Virus record (IMG/VR): IMGVR_UViG_3300010429_001449
DNA: 64,000 nucleotides
From: a virus
Taxonomy: Duplodnaviria; Caudoviricetes
Direction: 5' to 3' (one strand)
A program made the translations under genes and the position numbers. Positions 19,096-28,383 of this stretch are shown here, one piece after another. Each line of letters starts with the position of its first letter. Positions within the stretch are counted from its first letter, which is position 1. A model generated the notes under the pieces. That model was not told where the DNA came from. It did not search any database and saw only the letters and a program-made list of their open reading frames with translations.

Positions 19096-19745
19096 GCTAT
19101 GGCAAGTCCGGCAACACCCTGCAGCTTGCGGAGTGCGCTTGTTTCGATCTGGCGTACCCGTTCCCGCGTAAGACCGCCTAGGGCGTTGCCTATTTCATCA
19201 AGAGTCGATGTTTGACCCCGATAGCCGTTAAGCCCGTAGCGTCGCTCCAGAACGTCCGCTTCGCGCTTAGTAAGCCGTTCCTTGATCGCGTTCGCAAGCA
19301 AGGTCGCGCTTTCGTTGAACAATGCAGACTTAGCCGGACTGCGATGGTCGACCGGGCCGTACGTATCAAACAGATAGTTGCTGATTTCACCGTGCGACAA
19401 GCCTATCTCGCTGACGGGGATTTCACAAACCCCGTCGTTTTCAGCGACGGCGCGACGTACCCGAGCAACAAGCCATTGCACGGCGTACGTCGTGAAACGC
19501 CCTTCCGCTTCATTGTACTCGCTTCCCTTGTCTCCGGGCGTAACGATATGGTCTATCGCTTCCGCCAAGCCAAGCAAAGCCGCCGCTTCGCGGTCCTCGT
19601 ACGCCAAACCGCTGTTGTTGAAACGATGCGCGACGCTTCGCGCAAGGTCATAGTAAGCTACAGCGATTTCGTTCCGCGCCGCCTTGTCGCCCGCACGTAT
19701 GCGAGCAATCAACGCCTGTTCCTGTTCAACTGTCAGTCGCGCCAT
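19092..19745 (-). CDS. RNA polymerase sigma-70 family factor (sigma C; RpoD/RpoS-like regions 2 and 4)
   Basis: GDKAARNEI..LARSVAHRF..GLAEAI..RFTTYAVQW; LTKREADVLERRYGL..TLDEIG..LTRERVRQIETSALRKL. Confidence 0.92.
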   Translation of the reverse strand: MARLTVEQEQALIARIRAGDKAARNEIAVAYYDLARSVAHRFNNSGLAYEDREAAALLGLAEAIDHIVTPGDKGSEYNEAEGRFTTYAVQWLVARVRRAVAENDGVCEIPVSEIGLSHGEISNYLFDTYGPVDHRSPAKSALFNESATLLANAIKERLTKREADVLERRYGLNGYRGQTSTLDEIGNALGGLTRERVRQIETSALRKLQGVAGLAIA

Positions 19746-19930
19746 TTTGTTCGTTCTCCACAAAAGAAGTGTTCCTGTCCTATCCCTAATATAACCGCGT
19801 CAACGCCTATGTCAAGGATTATTCCCGGAATTCCGTTTTTTTTTTCGCAGATATTTTTCCTCTTGACATTGGCCGTCGTGCCGTTATATTAAGGATAGTG
19901 ACAGACATTCCTTTTGTGGAGATAAGGACA

Positions 19931-20356
19931 ATGGACAGACCGCTACACCCGAAAGCCGCAGAACTGCGGTTGCCGCGCTTGTCAAAGCCTGGCAAGTGTT
20001 TTCTTGGCCCGGAACCCATTGGTTGTTTCAACACTGGGATGAGGCCGCGCATAATCCGTATGCACGACGGCTACTATGTCGGCTACGAAGTCGAGATAGA
20101 ACCCCTTGAGCGAGAGCGCTGGCGGGCGATTGCGCGGCACGAAAAGCCGCCAGTCAGTCGGAAGCGCATGGGCGGATTTGGCGCGAAGTGCTACAAGTCC
20201 GCCGGTCCGGCGCGGCAGAAGTTCATTGAACTGGTTTCCGACCGCCTGTACGAAAACGACGAAACCCGCGCCGAATACCGCAAGGCGCAAGCGGACGCCA
20301 GAAGCGCGGACCCCGCAACGGCCATTGCTGGAGCTTTGAGACTGAGCGACTTCTAA
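19931..20356 (+). CDS. Hypothetical protein
   Basis: Cassette promoter 19863 and RBS. Confidence 0.8.
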   Translation: MDRPLHPKAAELRLPRLSKPGKCFLGPEPIGCFNTGMRPRIIRMHDGYYVGYEVEIEPLERERWRAIARHEKPPVSRKRMGGFGAKCYKSAGPARQKFIELVSDRLYENDETRAEYRKAQADARSADPATAIAGALRLSDF

Positions 20357-20432
20357 GTCGCTCAGTCTTTTCCCCTTGACGTGGACGCCCTTGCCGTTAT
20401 AATAAGGGTAGTCCTTTTGCGGAGAACGGAAC

Positions 20433-20660
20433 GTGAAACGGAACGTGAAACTAAAGATAGAATTGACGCTGGACAATGCGGCTTTTGACATGCCGTACTC
20501 AGACAGCGACCTAGAGGAGAGAAGCGCTACGGAAGTCCGCCGGATACTATGGGAGATGAGTACCGGTCAAGCGAGAAGCGGCAACTTCCGCAAGGGCGAC
20601 AAGGGCGAACTGCGAGACTTCAACGGCCACAAGGTCGGGAAATGGAGCGTGACCGCATGA
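20433..20660 (+). CDS. Hypothetical phage protein
   Basis: Cassette promoter 20376; LDNAAF..LRDFNGHKVGKW. Confidence 0.8.
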   Translation: MKRNVKLKIELTLDNAAFDMPYSDSDLEERSATEVRRILWEMSTGQARSGNFRKGDKGELRDFNGHKVGKWSVTA

Positions 20661-21085
20661 TCGCGATTACACACAAGAACCGGGACGCATGGCTAGACCG
20701 CTTACGGGCGGAACCGTTCTTTCAGATAGGGAACAAGACACCCTACGATCCCGGCGCATGGTACAACCAGACGGTTGTTCTGGAAGTCCCGACCGGAGAA
20801 CTGGCGCGGGACGGGCTGACAACGATAGCGCTTATTGGCCGCAGTCCGCACGAAACGGCCCCGCTGACCGGGAAAGAGGGTTTCAACGCGCAAGGGTTGG
20901 AAGAGAAAGTCGTGATACACAAACCCCTTGTCAACGCCCTGCTCAATCTGGACATCATCCCGGAGAAGAGAGGGCGCGTCGTGATAGACGCGACCGCCGA
21001 AAAGAAGATTCGCGCAAAGATGCGCGATCAGTCCCTAAAGGTTGGAACGACAACAAAGTCAGGAAATGGATCGTGACCGCATGAT
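20630..21085 (+). repeat. 32-bp imperfect direct repeats (20630-20661 and 21054-21085) flanking one gene
   Basis: CAAGGTCGGGAAATGGAGCGTGACCGCATGAT vs CAAAGTCAGGAAATGGATCGTGACCGCATGAT (29/32). Confidence 0.85.
20657..21076 (+). CDS. Hypothetical protein
   Basis: ATGA overlap with previous stop. Confidence 0.75.
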   Translation: MIAITHKNRDAWLDRLRAEPFFQIGNKTPYDPGAWYNQTVVLEVPTGELARDGLTTIALIGRSPHETAPLTGKEGFNAQGLEEKVVIHKPLVNALLNLDIIPEKRGRVVIDATAEKKIRAKMRDQSLKVGTTTKSGNGS

Positions 21086-21335
21086 TACAGAAAAGCAAAT
21101 CAAAGACGCCAAAGCGAAAGACCCGGAAGCGGGTCTGCTGTTTGACGGGCCTTGGGCTGAACCGACCGACGATGGCGACGAAATCCCTGTCTGGTCTATC
21201 TCCCTAATAGACAGTGCGGGGGATGACTTCGGGCCGGTCGAAGAATATTACGACTATGAAGTCGCAAAAGACCGGGCGGAACAGTTGGCGAAACGCAGCG
21301 GGCTAGAATTCCTGTGCGAAGGAAGGCCCGCATAA
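21081..21335 (+). CDS. Small acidic protein
   Basis: ATG lies in second direct-repeat copy. Confidence 0.75.
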   Translation: MITEKQIKDAKAKDPEAGLLFDGPWAEPTDDGDEIPVWSISLIDSAGDDFGPVEEYYDYEVAKDRAEQLAKRSGLEFLCEGRPA

Positions 21336-21587
21336 GCAAGCAGGGCGGCAAGTAGCCTTGAAGGGGTTGGACAACACACCCGCCCCGCAAGACCGATAGC
21401 CCGTGAACTACCGACAACCTTGCGGGGCGAAGAGGCGTCAAGTCAAGACCCTGGAGCCAAAGCCGCTCCGCTCTTTTTATTGCTGGGGGGATTGATAATC
21501 CTGCGGAAACACACCACGAGATCAAAGAGGGTCGGAAAGGACTTACGACAAGCGGGGGTCGGAAAATATTGATAATCTTGCGCCGAA

Positions 21588-21620
21588 GCAAAGCGCAAAA
21601 GCAAAGCGCAAAAGCAAAGC
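21588..21620 (+). repeat. Short tandem repeat (GCAAAGCGCAAAA) x2.5
   Basis: Read directly; between convergent genes next to paired ATTGATAATC sites. Confidence 0.85.
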
Positions 21621-21635
21621 AACTGCCGCGCTGTT

Positions 21636-22007
21636 TTAGCCGTTCGGGACGCCCGCCCTAGCCTTTGCCTCGTCGGCCAGGTCGATCATCGCCGCCCACG
21701 TTACGGGCTTGCCGTCGCCGTCAACCAACCAACGGTAACGGAACTGTTCTTGATTCCGCGCCAAGTGCGCCAGCAAGTCCAGCAAGTGACACTCCACGCG
21801 CTCAAGAGGGAACTCCGGGCATAACCGGATATAATTGGCCACTTGACGAGCAATGCTCTTTGCCCGATATACGTCCGTAAAACAGCCGTAGCTTACGCTT
21901 TGATCCATCGCGTCAAAGTCGGGGCCGTCGGCTACCGCCACGTTGTACGTGCCGTCCTCATTGTCTTCAACGGCTACGGCGAACTTACCCGGAAATAGTA
22001 ACTCCAT
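21636..22007 (-). CDS. Hypothetical protein
   Basis: RBS GAGGG; collinear with upstream gene. Confidence 0.75.
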   Translation of the reverse strand: MELLFPGKFAVAVEDNEDGTYNVAVADGPDFDAMDQSVSYGCFTDVYRAKSIARQVANYIRLCPEFPLERVECHLLDLLAHLARNQEQFRYRWLVDGDGKPVTWAAMIDLADEAKARAGVPNG

Positions 22008-22018
22008 GTTTTACCCTC

Positions 22019-22237
22019 TCAGCAAAGGTCAGACGGATCAACAAGGTCAGAATAACCGATCAAACGGTAGTAATCTGTCCACTCCGCGCCGCAAGCCTCG
22101 CACACGCAAGACGCATAAGCGCTACCACCGCCGTCTGACTCCAGCGGCCCGCCGCTGACATTATCCGACTTGCACACGGGGCAAACAGAACCACCCCGCG
22201 CAACATACTCCGAATCTGTTAGGTAGTCTTTAGCCAT
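22019..22237 (-). CDS. Zinc-ribbon protein
   Basis: CPVC...CEAC; promoter 22280 and AGGAGA RBS. Confidence 0.8.
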   Translation of the reverse strand: MAKDYLTDSEYVARGGSVCPVCKSDNVSGGPLESDGGGSAYASCVCEACGAEWTDYYRLIGYSDLVDPSDLC

Positions 22238-22381
22238 CGCAAAATCTCCTTATCCTTATTATAACAGAATGTGGCACGGCGTCAAGTGACTTATTTATCT
22301 GAATTATATGTCTTGACACGACTGGCCGTGCTGTTATAATAACAGTAGTGACAGAACAACCCTTTTGTGGAGAACCAGACG

Positions 22382-22888
22382 GTGAAGAACACAATCACCC
22401 CCTTAGTTGTAAAAGACGTGACGGGCTTGCCGCGCATTCGCGTAACAATGCCCCGGCTGAACAAGAACGACACTCTTGACCAGAACCGCAAGGAAGTCGA
22501 CGCGGGCCATTACATCGAAGACGCCGCGATAGAGCGCGTCGTTGTTCTGAGCGACGCGGACTATCGCACATTCTGCAAGAGTCTGTTGACCGATCAGGAC
22601 TGGCTTAACGACAAGGGCGGATCAAACAGCGACTACGATTGTCCGGAAGGCGTTACGTCAATCTGGCAGTTGACGACGGAACAACTGAACTTGTGGCGGA
22701 GACAGGCGTACATCTTCGTCGTGGTTGTCGCCAAAGAATCCGATCCGCATCAACATCTTCTGGTCGACCCGCAAGGCTACGCCTATGCGCGGTACGCCGG
22801 AGAACCCACAGACACCGAAAGCCGCCAGATTGCGGCCAGCGCGGCCAGCGCGGCCCTGGCAGAGAAGGGAGCAGTAACATGTCAGTAA
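22382..22888 (+). CDS. DUF6329-like hypothetical protein
   Basis: LLTDQDWL..GG and LVDPQGYAYARYAG; family recalled from motif. Confidence 0.65.
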   Translation: MKNTITPLVVKDVTGLPRIRVTMPRLNKNDTLDQNRKEVDAGHYIEDAAIERVVVLSDADYRTFCKSLLTDQDWLNDKGGSNSDYDCPEGVTSIWQLTTEQLNLWRRQAYIFVVVVAKESDPHQHLLVDPQGYAYARYAGEPTDTESRQIAASAASAALAEKGAVTCQ

Positions 22889-23316
22889 TGACCATCAAAC
22901 AGTTTCAGAACGTCAACGGTTACACAGAATCCGCCGCGAGCGTAAAGGCGGATTTCCTTCGGACAGGGCGCAAGGTCCTGAAGGCCGTAGGCAAGGCGCT
23001 TGTCGCCAGAGGATTCACGGAGCAGGATATCAGGACAAACGCCGCTGGCGTCGCCGTCTCCGGCGACGTGTACGCGGACTACTTTAGGCCGGGCGAGCCT
23101 ATCGGCGTCTGGATCGAGTGGACGCAAAGCTGCGTAGGCGCGGGCGGCACGACGATCATGTACCGCTGGACGGAACGCCGCGAGCAGGGCAAGCACACCG
23201 ATACCGGGCCGAATCAATGGCTTGCCGTCAACGGGGCCGTTGACATCGACAAGCTGGCCGACAGCGCAGCGAAGCAAGCGAAACTGCGCCCGGCCTTCAC
23301 CGGGAAGATATGCTGA
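22879..23316 (+). CDS. Hypothetical protein
   Basis: AGGGAG RBS; DIRTNAAGVAVSGDV; terminator at 23322-23349. Confidence 0.8.
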   Translation: MSVMTIKQFQNVNGYTESAASVKADFLRTGRKVLKAVGKALVARGFTEQDIRTNAAGVAVSGDVYADYFRPGEPIGVWIEWTQSCVGAGGTTIMYRWTERREQGKHTDTGPNQWLAVNGAVDIDKLADSAAKQAKLRPAFTGKIC

Positions 23317-23455
23317 GAACGAAGGGAGCGCAGGACGCGCTCCCTTTTTCTTGCCCCGACTCTGATTGATAATCCTGAGTCGATAACCCCGCCAAGTTAC
23401 CCCTCAATACCGCCCTTATCACCCGATTGGTAATCTTGTTCCAGGACTCGCCGCG

Positions 23456-23686
23456 TCATACTCTCGGCGCGAGTCCCATTGCCGTAAGCGCGGCGATCAA
23501 CGCCCGCGCCTTCGGATTAGGTTTCAAGTCCTCACGCGGGACCGCGCTCCAGTCAACGACAAGATCGCCCTTCTTTGTCCGGCGGGCTTTGGCCCCTTCG
23601 GGGAAGGGCGGGCCTAGCTCTTGAAGCTCCCGCGACGTTACGCGGCGCAAGGCCGCAAGCATTTCGTTGTGGTTGTCCGTTGTCAC
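23456..23686 (-). CDS. Hypothetical protein
   Basis: Directly follows the 23689-24012 gene. Confidence 0.65.
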   Translation of the reverse strand: MTTDNHNEMLAALRRVTSRELQELGPPFPEGAKARRTKKGDLVVDWSAVPREDLKPNPKARALIAALTAMGLAPRV

Positions 23687-23688
23687 GG

Positions 23689-24012
23689 TCAGCCTTTCTG
23701 AAAGAAAGCCTCTCCGGTTTCAAGCAACCGCTCTTGAACCGAAATGACTTGATAGTCCATGAAGCCGTAGGCGTCAACGACGTTACCGTCCTCGTCCCTT
23801 GTCACAAGGATCGGGGCGGCGGTCAATGCGCCTATCTCCCGCGCCTCACCCCAACTGAACTCGTCGTTGCAAATGGCGGCGTCCAGGGCATCAAACATCA
23901 CGGCGTCCGCCTGAAAGGCGTCGGGATTGCCGTCGCGCAATTCGCGCAATGCGGCGCGGTCATCGGCGTCCGCAATCACCTTCAAACCATTTTCTACTTT
24001 CTGAAAGTGCAT
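23689..24012 (-). CDS. Hypothetical protein
   Basis: Cassette promoter/RBS. Confidence 0.8.
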   Translation of the reverse strand: MHFQKVENGLKVIADADDRAALRELRDGNPDAFQADAVMFDALDAAICNDEFSWGEAREIGALTAAPILVTRDEDGNVVDAYGFMDYQVISVQERLLETGEAFFQKG

Positions 24013-24186
24013 CGTTCTATCTCCACAAAAGGTTCGTATCAACTACCCTTATTATAACAGTGGGGTCGCCGCTGTCAAGACCTAATCTCCGTAAAATAAA
24101 CTGCATAATCTGTCTTGACGTAACCCGACGCTCTGTTATAATAATAGTAGTTACAAACAGCGGGCGAGTCCCGCGAGGAGATTACA

Positions 24187-24777
24187 ATGGGCTGGACATA
24201 CACCTACGGACAGGACAAGGCCGGGCTTGTTGCGGAGCGCACGAAGGCGCAAGAGAACGCAACGACGCGCTGGACGTGCCTGGCGCATTCAGTGCGCGGA
24301 AACGTGTTGTGGGCTGTTTGGGAGAGCGTGGACAAGGCAACCGGCGCGGTCAAGACGCGCTTTATCGGTTGTGACGTGATGGGAAGTCATAGGGGCTACG
24401 GATGGGGGTACAAGGACATGGAAGAATCCATGCACCCCTACTACTACTCATGCCCCGTCAAGTTTCTGGACATGGTTCCAATGGACCAGTACCCCGGTTC
24501 TGTCAACTGGGAATGGCGGGCGGAACTGTTTGTCAGACTCCGCAACGCGAAGGAACAGAACAAAAATAACGCGGCGGTTGCGGTCGGCAAGATCGTGACG
24601 CTGAAGGATACGTGCAAACCCCGGACGTTCGTCATTACGGACATCTACAAGGGCGGGCGGCGGGGCAACAGGACAAAGATCGCGGGTCGCGCCGACAACG
24701 GCAGAATCTACACGATCCCGAAGCGCTGGATCGAGAAGGTCGAAGACGCGCCCGTAGCAGAGGCCGTTACGGCCTAG
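24187..24777 (+). CDS. DUF6927-like protein
   Basis: MGWT..WGYKDMEESMHPYYYSCP..WR; family recalled from motif; GAGGAG RBS. Confidence 0.7.
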   Translation: MGWTYTYGQDKAGLVAERTKAQENATTRWTCLAHSVRGNVLWAVWESVDKATGAVKTRFIGCDVMGSHRGYGWGYKDMEESMHPYYYSCPVKFLDMVPMDQYPGSVNWEWRAELFVRLRNAKEQNKNNAAVAVGKIVTLKDTCKPRTFVITDIYKGGRRGNRTKIAGRADNGRIYTIPKRWIEKVEDAPVAEAVTA

Positions 24778-24789
24778 AAAGGACTGATC

Positions 24790-25173
24790 GTGAAACGCGA
24801 GACCAAACAGGAATTCATCAAGCGGCTCACAACGACTTGGCGGACGGAAGACGCCAAGACAGTCAATGAGTGCAAAGACAAGACCCTGGTCGGAAACGTC
24901 CTTTGGACGTGGTGGGAAGTTACGATTTACAACCCCCTGTTCCCAGACGGCATGAGCAAGCGTCGCATCATCTGCCGCGCCGAACTCCTCCGCATAGACA
25001 AGACGTGGCGTCACACCTGGCGGCGAGAGGCAGAGGGCTTCAACGACTACACGTGCCCGCAACGCTTCCTTGAACGTGTGCGCCCGAGCGACTTCACAAA
25101 CAAGTGTTGGCGCGAAGAGTGGCTGCGGGAACGCGAGCGGCGGACAGGACGGAAAATCTATCTCCCCGGATAA
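24790..25173 (+). CDS. Diverged paralog of the preceding gene
   Basis: GNVLWxxWE and YxCPxxFLxxV..WRxE shared with 24187-24777. Confidence 0.75.
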   Translation: MKRETKQEFIKRLTTTWRTEDAKTVNECKDKTLVGNVLWTWWEVTIYNPLFPDGMSKRRIICRAELLRIDKTWRHTWRREAEGFNDYTCPQRFLERVRPSDFTNKCWREEWLRERERRTGRKIYLPG

Positions 25174-25408
25174 CAGCCGGGGCGAGGGAATCGAGGGCGG
25201 GACGCTTTACCAAAGCGTCTCGCCCTTTTCCGTTGGCGCGAAAGGGATTGATAATCTTGGCGAGAGGGCGCGACGCCCCGACGGGGATTACCAACGAGAT
25301 CGTTGTTCCACAGGAATGATAATCCTGTCCCGGACTTAAACGGAACTGGCTGGCGGATTGTCGGGTCGCCCCAAAAGCGCCCATCGCGTCGCGCCAGCCG
25401 TCCGTTCT

Positions 25409-25609
25409 TTACATCGCCAGGAAAACATGCGCCTTCTGCCGGTAGGACTCCCCGGCCTCCAGCGCAAACTTCTTTGTCGCGTAGCCGCCCGCCTCGTACG
25501 AGAAGTGCCAGCAGACGGTAGGATGATTGTTTGAAAGGCGGAACGCCCAAACCTTACGGCCCATCTCGATGTACGACCATACGTCCAGTCTCAATCCGTA
25601 ATTGTCCAC
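25409..25609 (-). CDS. Hypothetical protein
   Basis: GTG after AGGGAGA. Confidence 0.65.
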   Translation of the reverse strand: MDNYGLRLDVWSYIEMGRKVWAFRLSNNHPTVCWHFSYEAGGYATKKFALEAGESYRQKAHVFLAM

Positions 25610-25668
25610 TGTCAATCTCCCTTCCTGAAAGGCGGCGGGCTGAATTGCCGCGCCGCAGCACAACCGCT

Positions 25669-25854
25669 TTATCTAACCTCAACACGCTTTCCTTTGCGCC
25701 GTTTCGTGATTCGCGGCTCCTTACGGACGTGGCCGCAGCTAGAACACGCCCACGTCTCGCGGCTTCCTTCTTGACCGTGAATCACGTTGCTCCAGAGAAA
25801 CGCGCCGCGCTTGCCGCAAAAGGGGCAGTCGCTTTCGTTTTGCCGCAGAAACAT
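25669..25854 (-). CDS. Zinc-ribbon protein
   Basis: CPFC...CSSC, basic tail. Confidence 0.7.
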   Translation of the reverse strand: MFLRQNESDCPFCGKRGAFLWSNVIHGQEGSRETWACSSCGHVRKEPRITKRRKGKRVEVR

Positions 25855-25867
25855 TCGTTGCCCCTTT

Positions 25868-26143
25868 CTACATGCTGAACAACACCCACGTCGGGGTAAA
25901 GTCGCTCAGGCCCAATTCCTTCTTGACCTCAGCAAACGCCGCCTCAGCGTCCGCCCCGATCTTCAGGTGGCACGGGTCAATGTCCAACGGCCCGTTGTCC
26001 GCCCACCAACACAAGCGAAGGTAGTACAGAACGCCGTCCTGAATGTCGAAGGCGCTTGGTAGCGCGTCTTCTTCCACCGCACCGTAGACCTTTTTAAGGT
26101 CTTCAACAGGCAGAGCGACGCCGTATGCTATCGCTGCGCTCAT
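25868..26143 (-). CDS. Hypothetical protein
   Basis: GAGGAG RBS. Confidence 0.75.
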   Translation of the reverse strand: MSAAIAYGVALPVEDLKKVYGAVEEDALPSAFDIQDGVLYYLRLCWWADNGPLDIDPCHLKIGADAEAAFAEVKKELGLSDFTPTWVLFSM

Positions 26144-26175
26144 GGTCTTGTCTCTCCTCTAATTGTTCCTAGACG

Positions 26176-26412
26176 TTAGTCGATGTCGTTCCCGTCAGCG
26201 TCCAGAGAAAAGAACTCAGGATCAGAACCTTGCGCTTCGCAAGCCGCCACGAAATCCTCGCGGGAAAGCTCGACGGACTCGCCGTCTTCGATCTTGCCGG
26301 AGCAATCGCCGTCTGTGATGTCGTCAACGACTTGCCGCAACGACACAAATTCGTACGGCCCTTCGCTCAGGACTTCCACCGTGATGACTGTCTTGTAGAA
26401 CTTGCGTTCCAT
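26176..26412 (-). CDS. Small acidic protein
   Basis: CCTTTTGTGGAGA RBS without its own promoter. Confidence 0.8.
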   Translation of the reverse strand: MERKFYKTVITVEVLSEGPYEFVSLRQVVDDITDGDCSGKIEDGESVELSREDFVAACEAQGSDPEFFSLDADGNDID

Positions 26413-26434
26413 CGTCCTGTCTCCACAAAAAGGT

Positions 26435-26611
26435 CTAGTCGGGCTGCGTCACGTCCTGCATAGCCTGTGTAATGTCAGCAAGACGCCCCGCGTTGTAGTT
26501 GATGAAGTTCTCCAGATCGGCAACGCGCCGCGAAAGGCGGTCTCGCTGCTCTTTGAGCGCGGCGATCTCCGCCGCCTGATCTGCACAACGACACTTCTTG
26601 TCTCGGCGCAT
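26435..26611 (-). CDS. Small coiled-coil protein
   Basis: Cassette promoter 26683. Confidence 0.7.
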   Translation of the reverse strand: MRRDKKCRCADQAAEIAALKEQRDRLSRRVADLENFINYNAGRLADITQAMQDVTQPD

Positions 26612-26753
26612 CGGAAACTCCACTTCTCCGAAAAAGGTTGTTGAATCCGTCTCTACTGTTATTATAACAGCAGAGCGGCCTATGTCAAGGGGGAGTTAAA
26701 GAAAGAAGGGGGGCGCTCTTCCTCTGAGAGCGTCCCCCTTGTCAGGGAGTTGT

Positions 26754-27734
26754 CTAGTCGTCGACCCGCTTGCCCGTCAGGGCGTCCACAACGCGCCAGC
26801 GCATAGCCGGGGCGGGCTTGTGCTTCTCCAGAAGTTCCTTGTACTTCTCTTGGCCGTACTCCTCTTTGACGATGTTCGGCCAGGAACGGTTGCCCGCTTC
26901 CTCTTGCTTCTGGATCGAGAGCGCTCCGGCCTCGATCACCGCGCCCTCAGAGGCCATTGCCGTTACAACCGTGAACGCCTCTTTCTTGGCGTCGTTGATG
27001 ACCTGCAGATACTTGTTGATCTCCACAAGCTCCGCCAGGTCTTCTTGCGTCACAACCGCCCGCCCGCCGTTCTCTTTGAGAGCGGCACGCTGGGCAACCA
27101 ACCTGTCACGAAGTTCCGTGACCCGCGTAACCAGCTTCTTGCGTCCGTTTCCGTTTCCGTTCGGCATCTTTCTCTCTCCACAAAGGTTAGCCGTCATTGG
27201 CTTGTCCTTTACTACTCTTATTATAACAGCGGGATTGCCGCTGTCAAGAGTCTTTTCCTGTTTCTTTGCCGAAGATTTCTTCGCTTGCCGTTGTAGCTTC
27301 AAGCACCGGGGGCAGTACACGCGCCCGTTGCGCTTGGCCCATCCCTTGCGGACAAACTCAGCAAGCCCGGCGTGTGTGAGACATTCCCGCGTACCGCAAC
27401 GGGAACACGTAAGGCGAGTATCTTTCACGTCAAGAACGGACAACTTGCCGTTCTTGCTTACCGTCTTGCGGACATCAGCGACAAACCCGCGCCAGTCGGC
27501 CTCGTCCTTTGCCTTGCGCTGTTGTTCGCGCTGCGCTTGCTTGCGGGCGTCGTACTCTCGCGCACAAACAAGACAGAAGACCCTACCGGCTATCTTGTAG
27601 TAGCCGCCCAAAAACGTCGCCGCGTCCGCGCCCTCATTGGTCGCGGGATAATGGGCCGTCGCCCCGCACTGGGAACAAACAATCTGTTCCCCGATAAGGT
27701 CGGCGGTACTTACGCAACCGTAGTCCAACATCAT
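26754..27734 (-). CDS. Cys-rich protein reading through an internal promoter cassette into a second gene (internal start 27167)
   Basis: Four CxxC pairs in N-terminal half; full promoter and RBS at 27175-27247 in frame with MPNGNG at 27167. Confidence 0.75.
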   Translation of the reverse strand: MMLDYGCVSTADLIGEQIVCSQCGATAHYPATNEGADAATFLGGYYKIAGRVFCLVCAREYDARKQAQREQQRKAKDEADWRGFVADVRKTVSKNGKLSVLDVKDTRLTCSRCGTRECLTHAGLAEFVRKGWAKRNGRVYCPRCLKLQRQAKKSSAKKQEKTLDSGNPAVIIRVVKDKPMTANLCGERKMPNGNGNGRKKLVTRVTELRDRLVAQRAALKENGGRAVVTQEDLAELVEINKYLQVINDAKKEAFTVVTAMASEGAVIEAGALSIQKQEEAGNRSWPNIVKEEYGQEKYKELLEKHKPAPAMRWRVVDALTGKRVDD

Positions 27735-27900
27735 CTTGTCTCCACAAAAGGTTGTCTAATCCTACTTTTATTATAACAGCGTCGCGGCCAATGTCAAGAC
27801 GTGTTTTTCCAGAAAAGAATCCCGATTTTCTCTTGACGTTCCGGGCCGCGCCGTTATAATAAGAGTAGTTGATACGAAACCCTTTTGTGGAGAACAGAAG

Positions 27901-28374
27901 ATGACAGAGACCAAACAGCGCGTAAGAGTAGCAAAGATCGAGATCGTCACGGCGGTCGACGAAATCAGTCAACCGGACTATCTAGGCGTCTATGACGCTG
28001 CGCCGGAAGCGGCTAACAAGCCGGGAGCAATCGAAGTCAACGACGCCGGAAAGCGTTATTGGTTCGTTCCAGAGAACCCCGAATACGCAAAAGAGGACTA
28101 TGAACGCCTGCTTGCGTTTGAGCGGGGGGACTGGCACTTTGTCGGCGTCTTCGCAAGGGCGACCCTAGAAGTCAACGTCGGGAACGTCATATGCCAGACG
28201 ATACAGTCGGGCGGCGTATGGGGTACGGAGTGCGATTCTGACCCCGACTACATTGAAGAGGAGCTTGGCGTCGACCAGTACGAAGAACTGGTCGACATCC
28301 TGAAGGCACTAGGCATCCCGGAAGACGACATCCCCGCGTGGGAAGACGTTGACCCCGCCAAACACGGCGAATAG
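27901..28374 (+). CDS. Hypothetical acidic phage protein
   Basis: Cassette promoter/RBS; GDWHFVGV..SGGVWGTECD. Confidence 0.85.
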   Translation: MTETKQRVRVAKIEIVTAVDEISQPDYLGVYDAAPEAANKPGAIEVNDAGKRYWFVPENPEYAKEDYERLLAFERGDWHFVGVFARATLEVNVGNVICQTIQSGGVWGTECDSDPDYIEEELGVDQYEELVDILKALGIPEDDIPAWEDVDPAKHGE

Positions 28375-28383
28375 GAGTAACCC

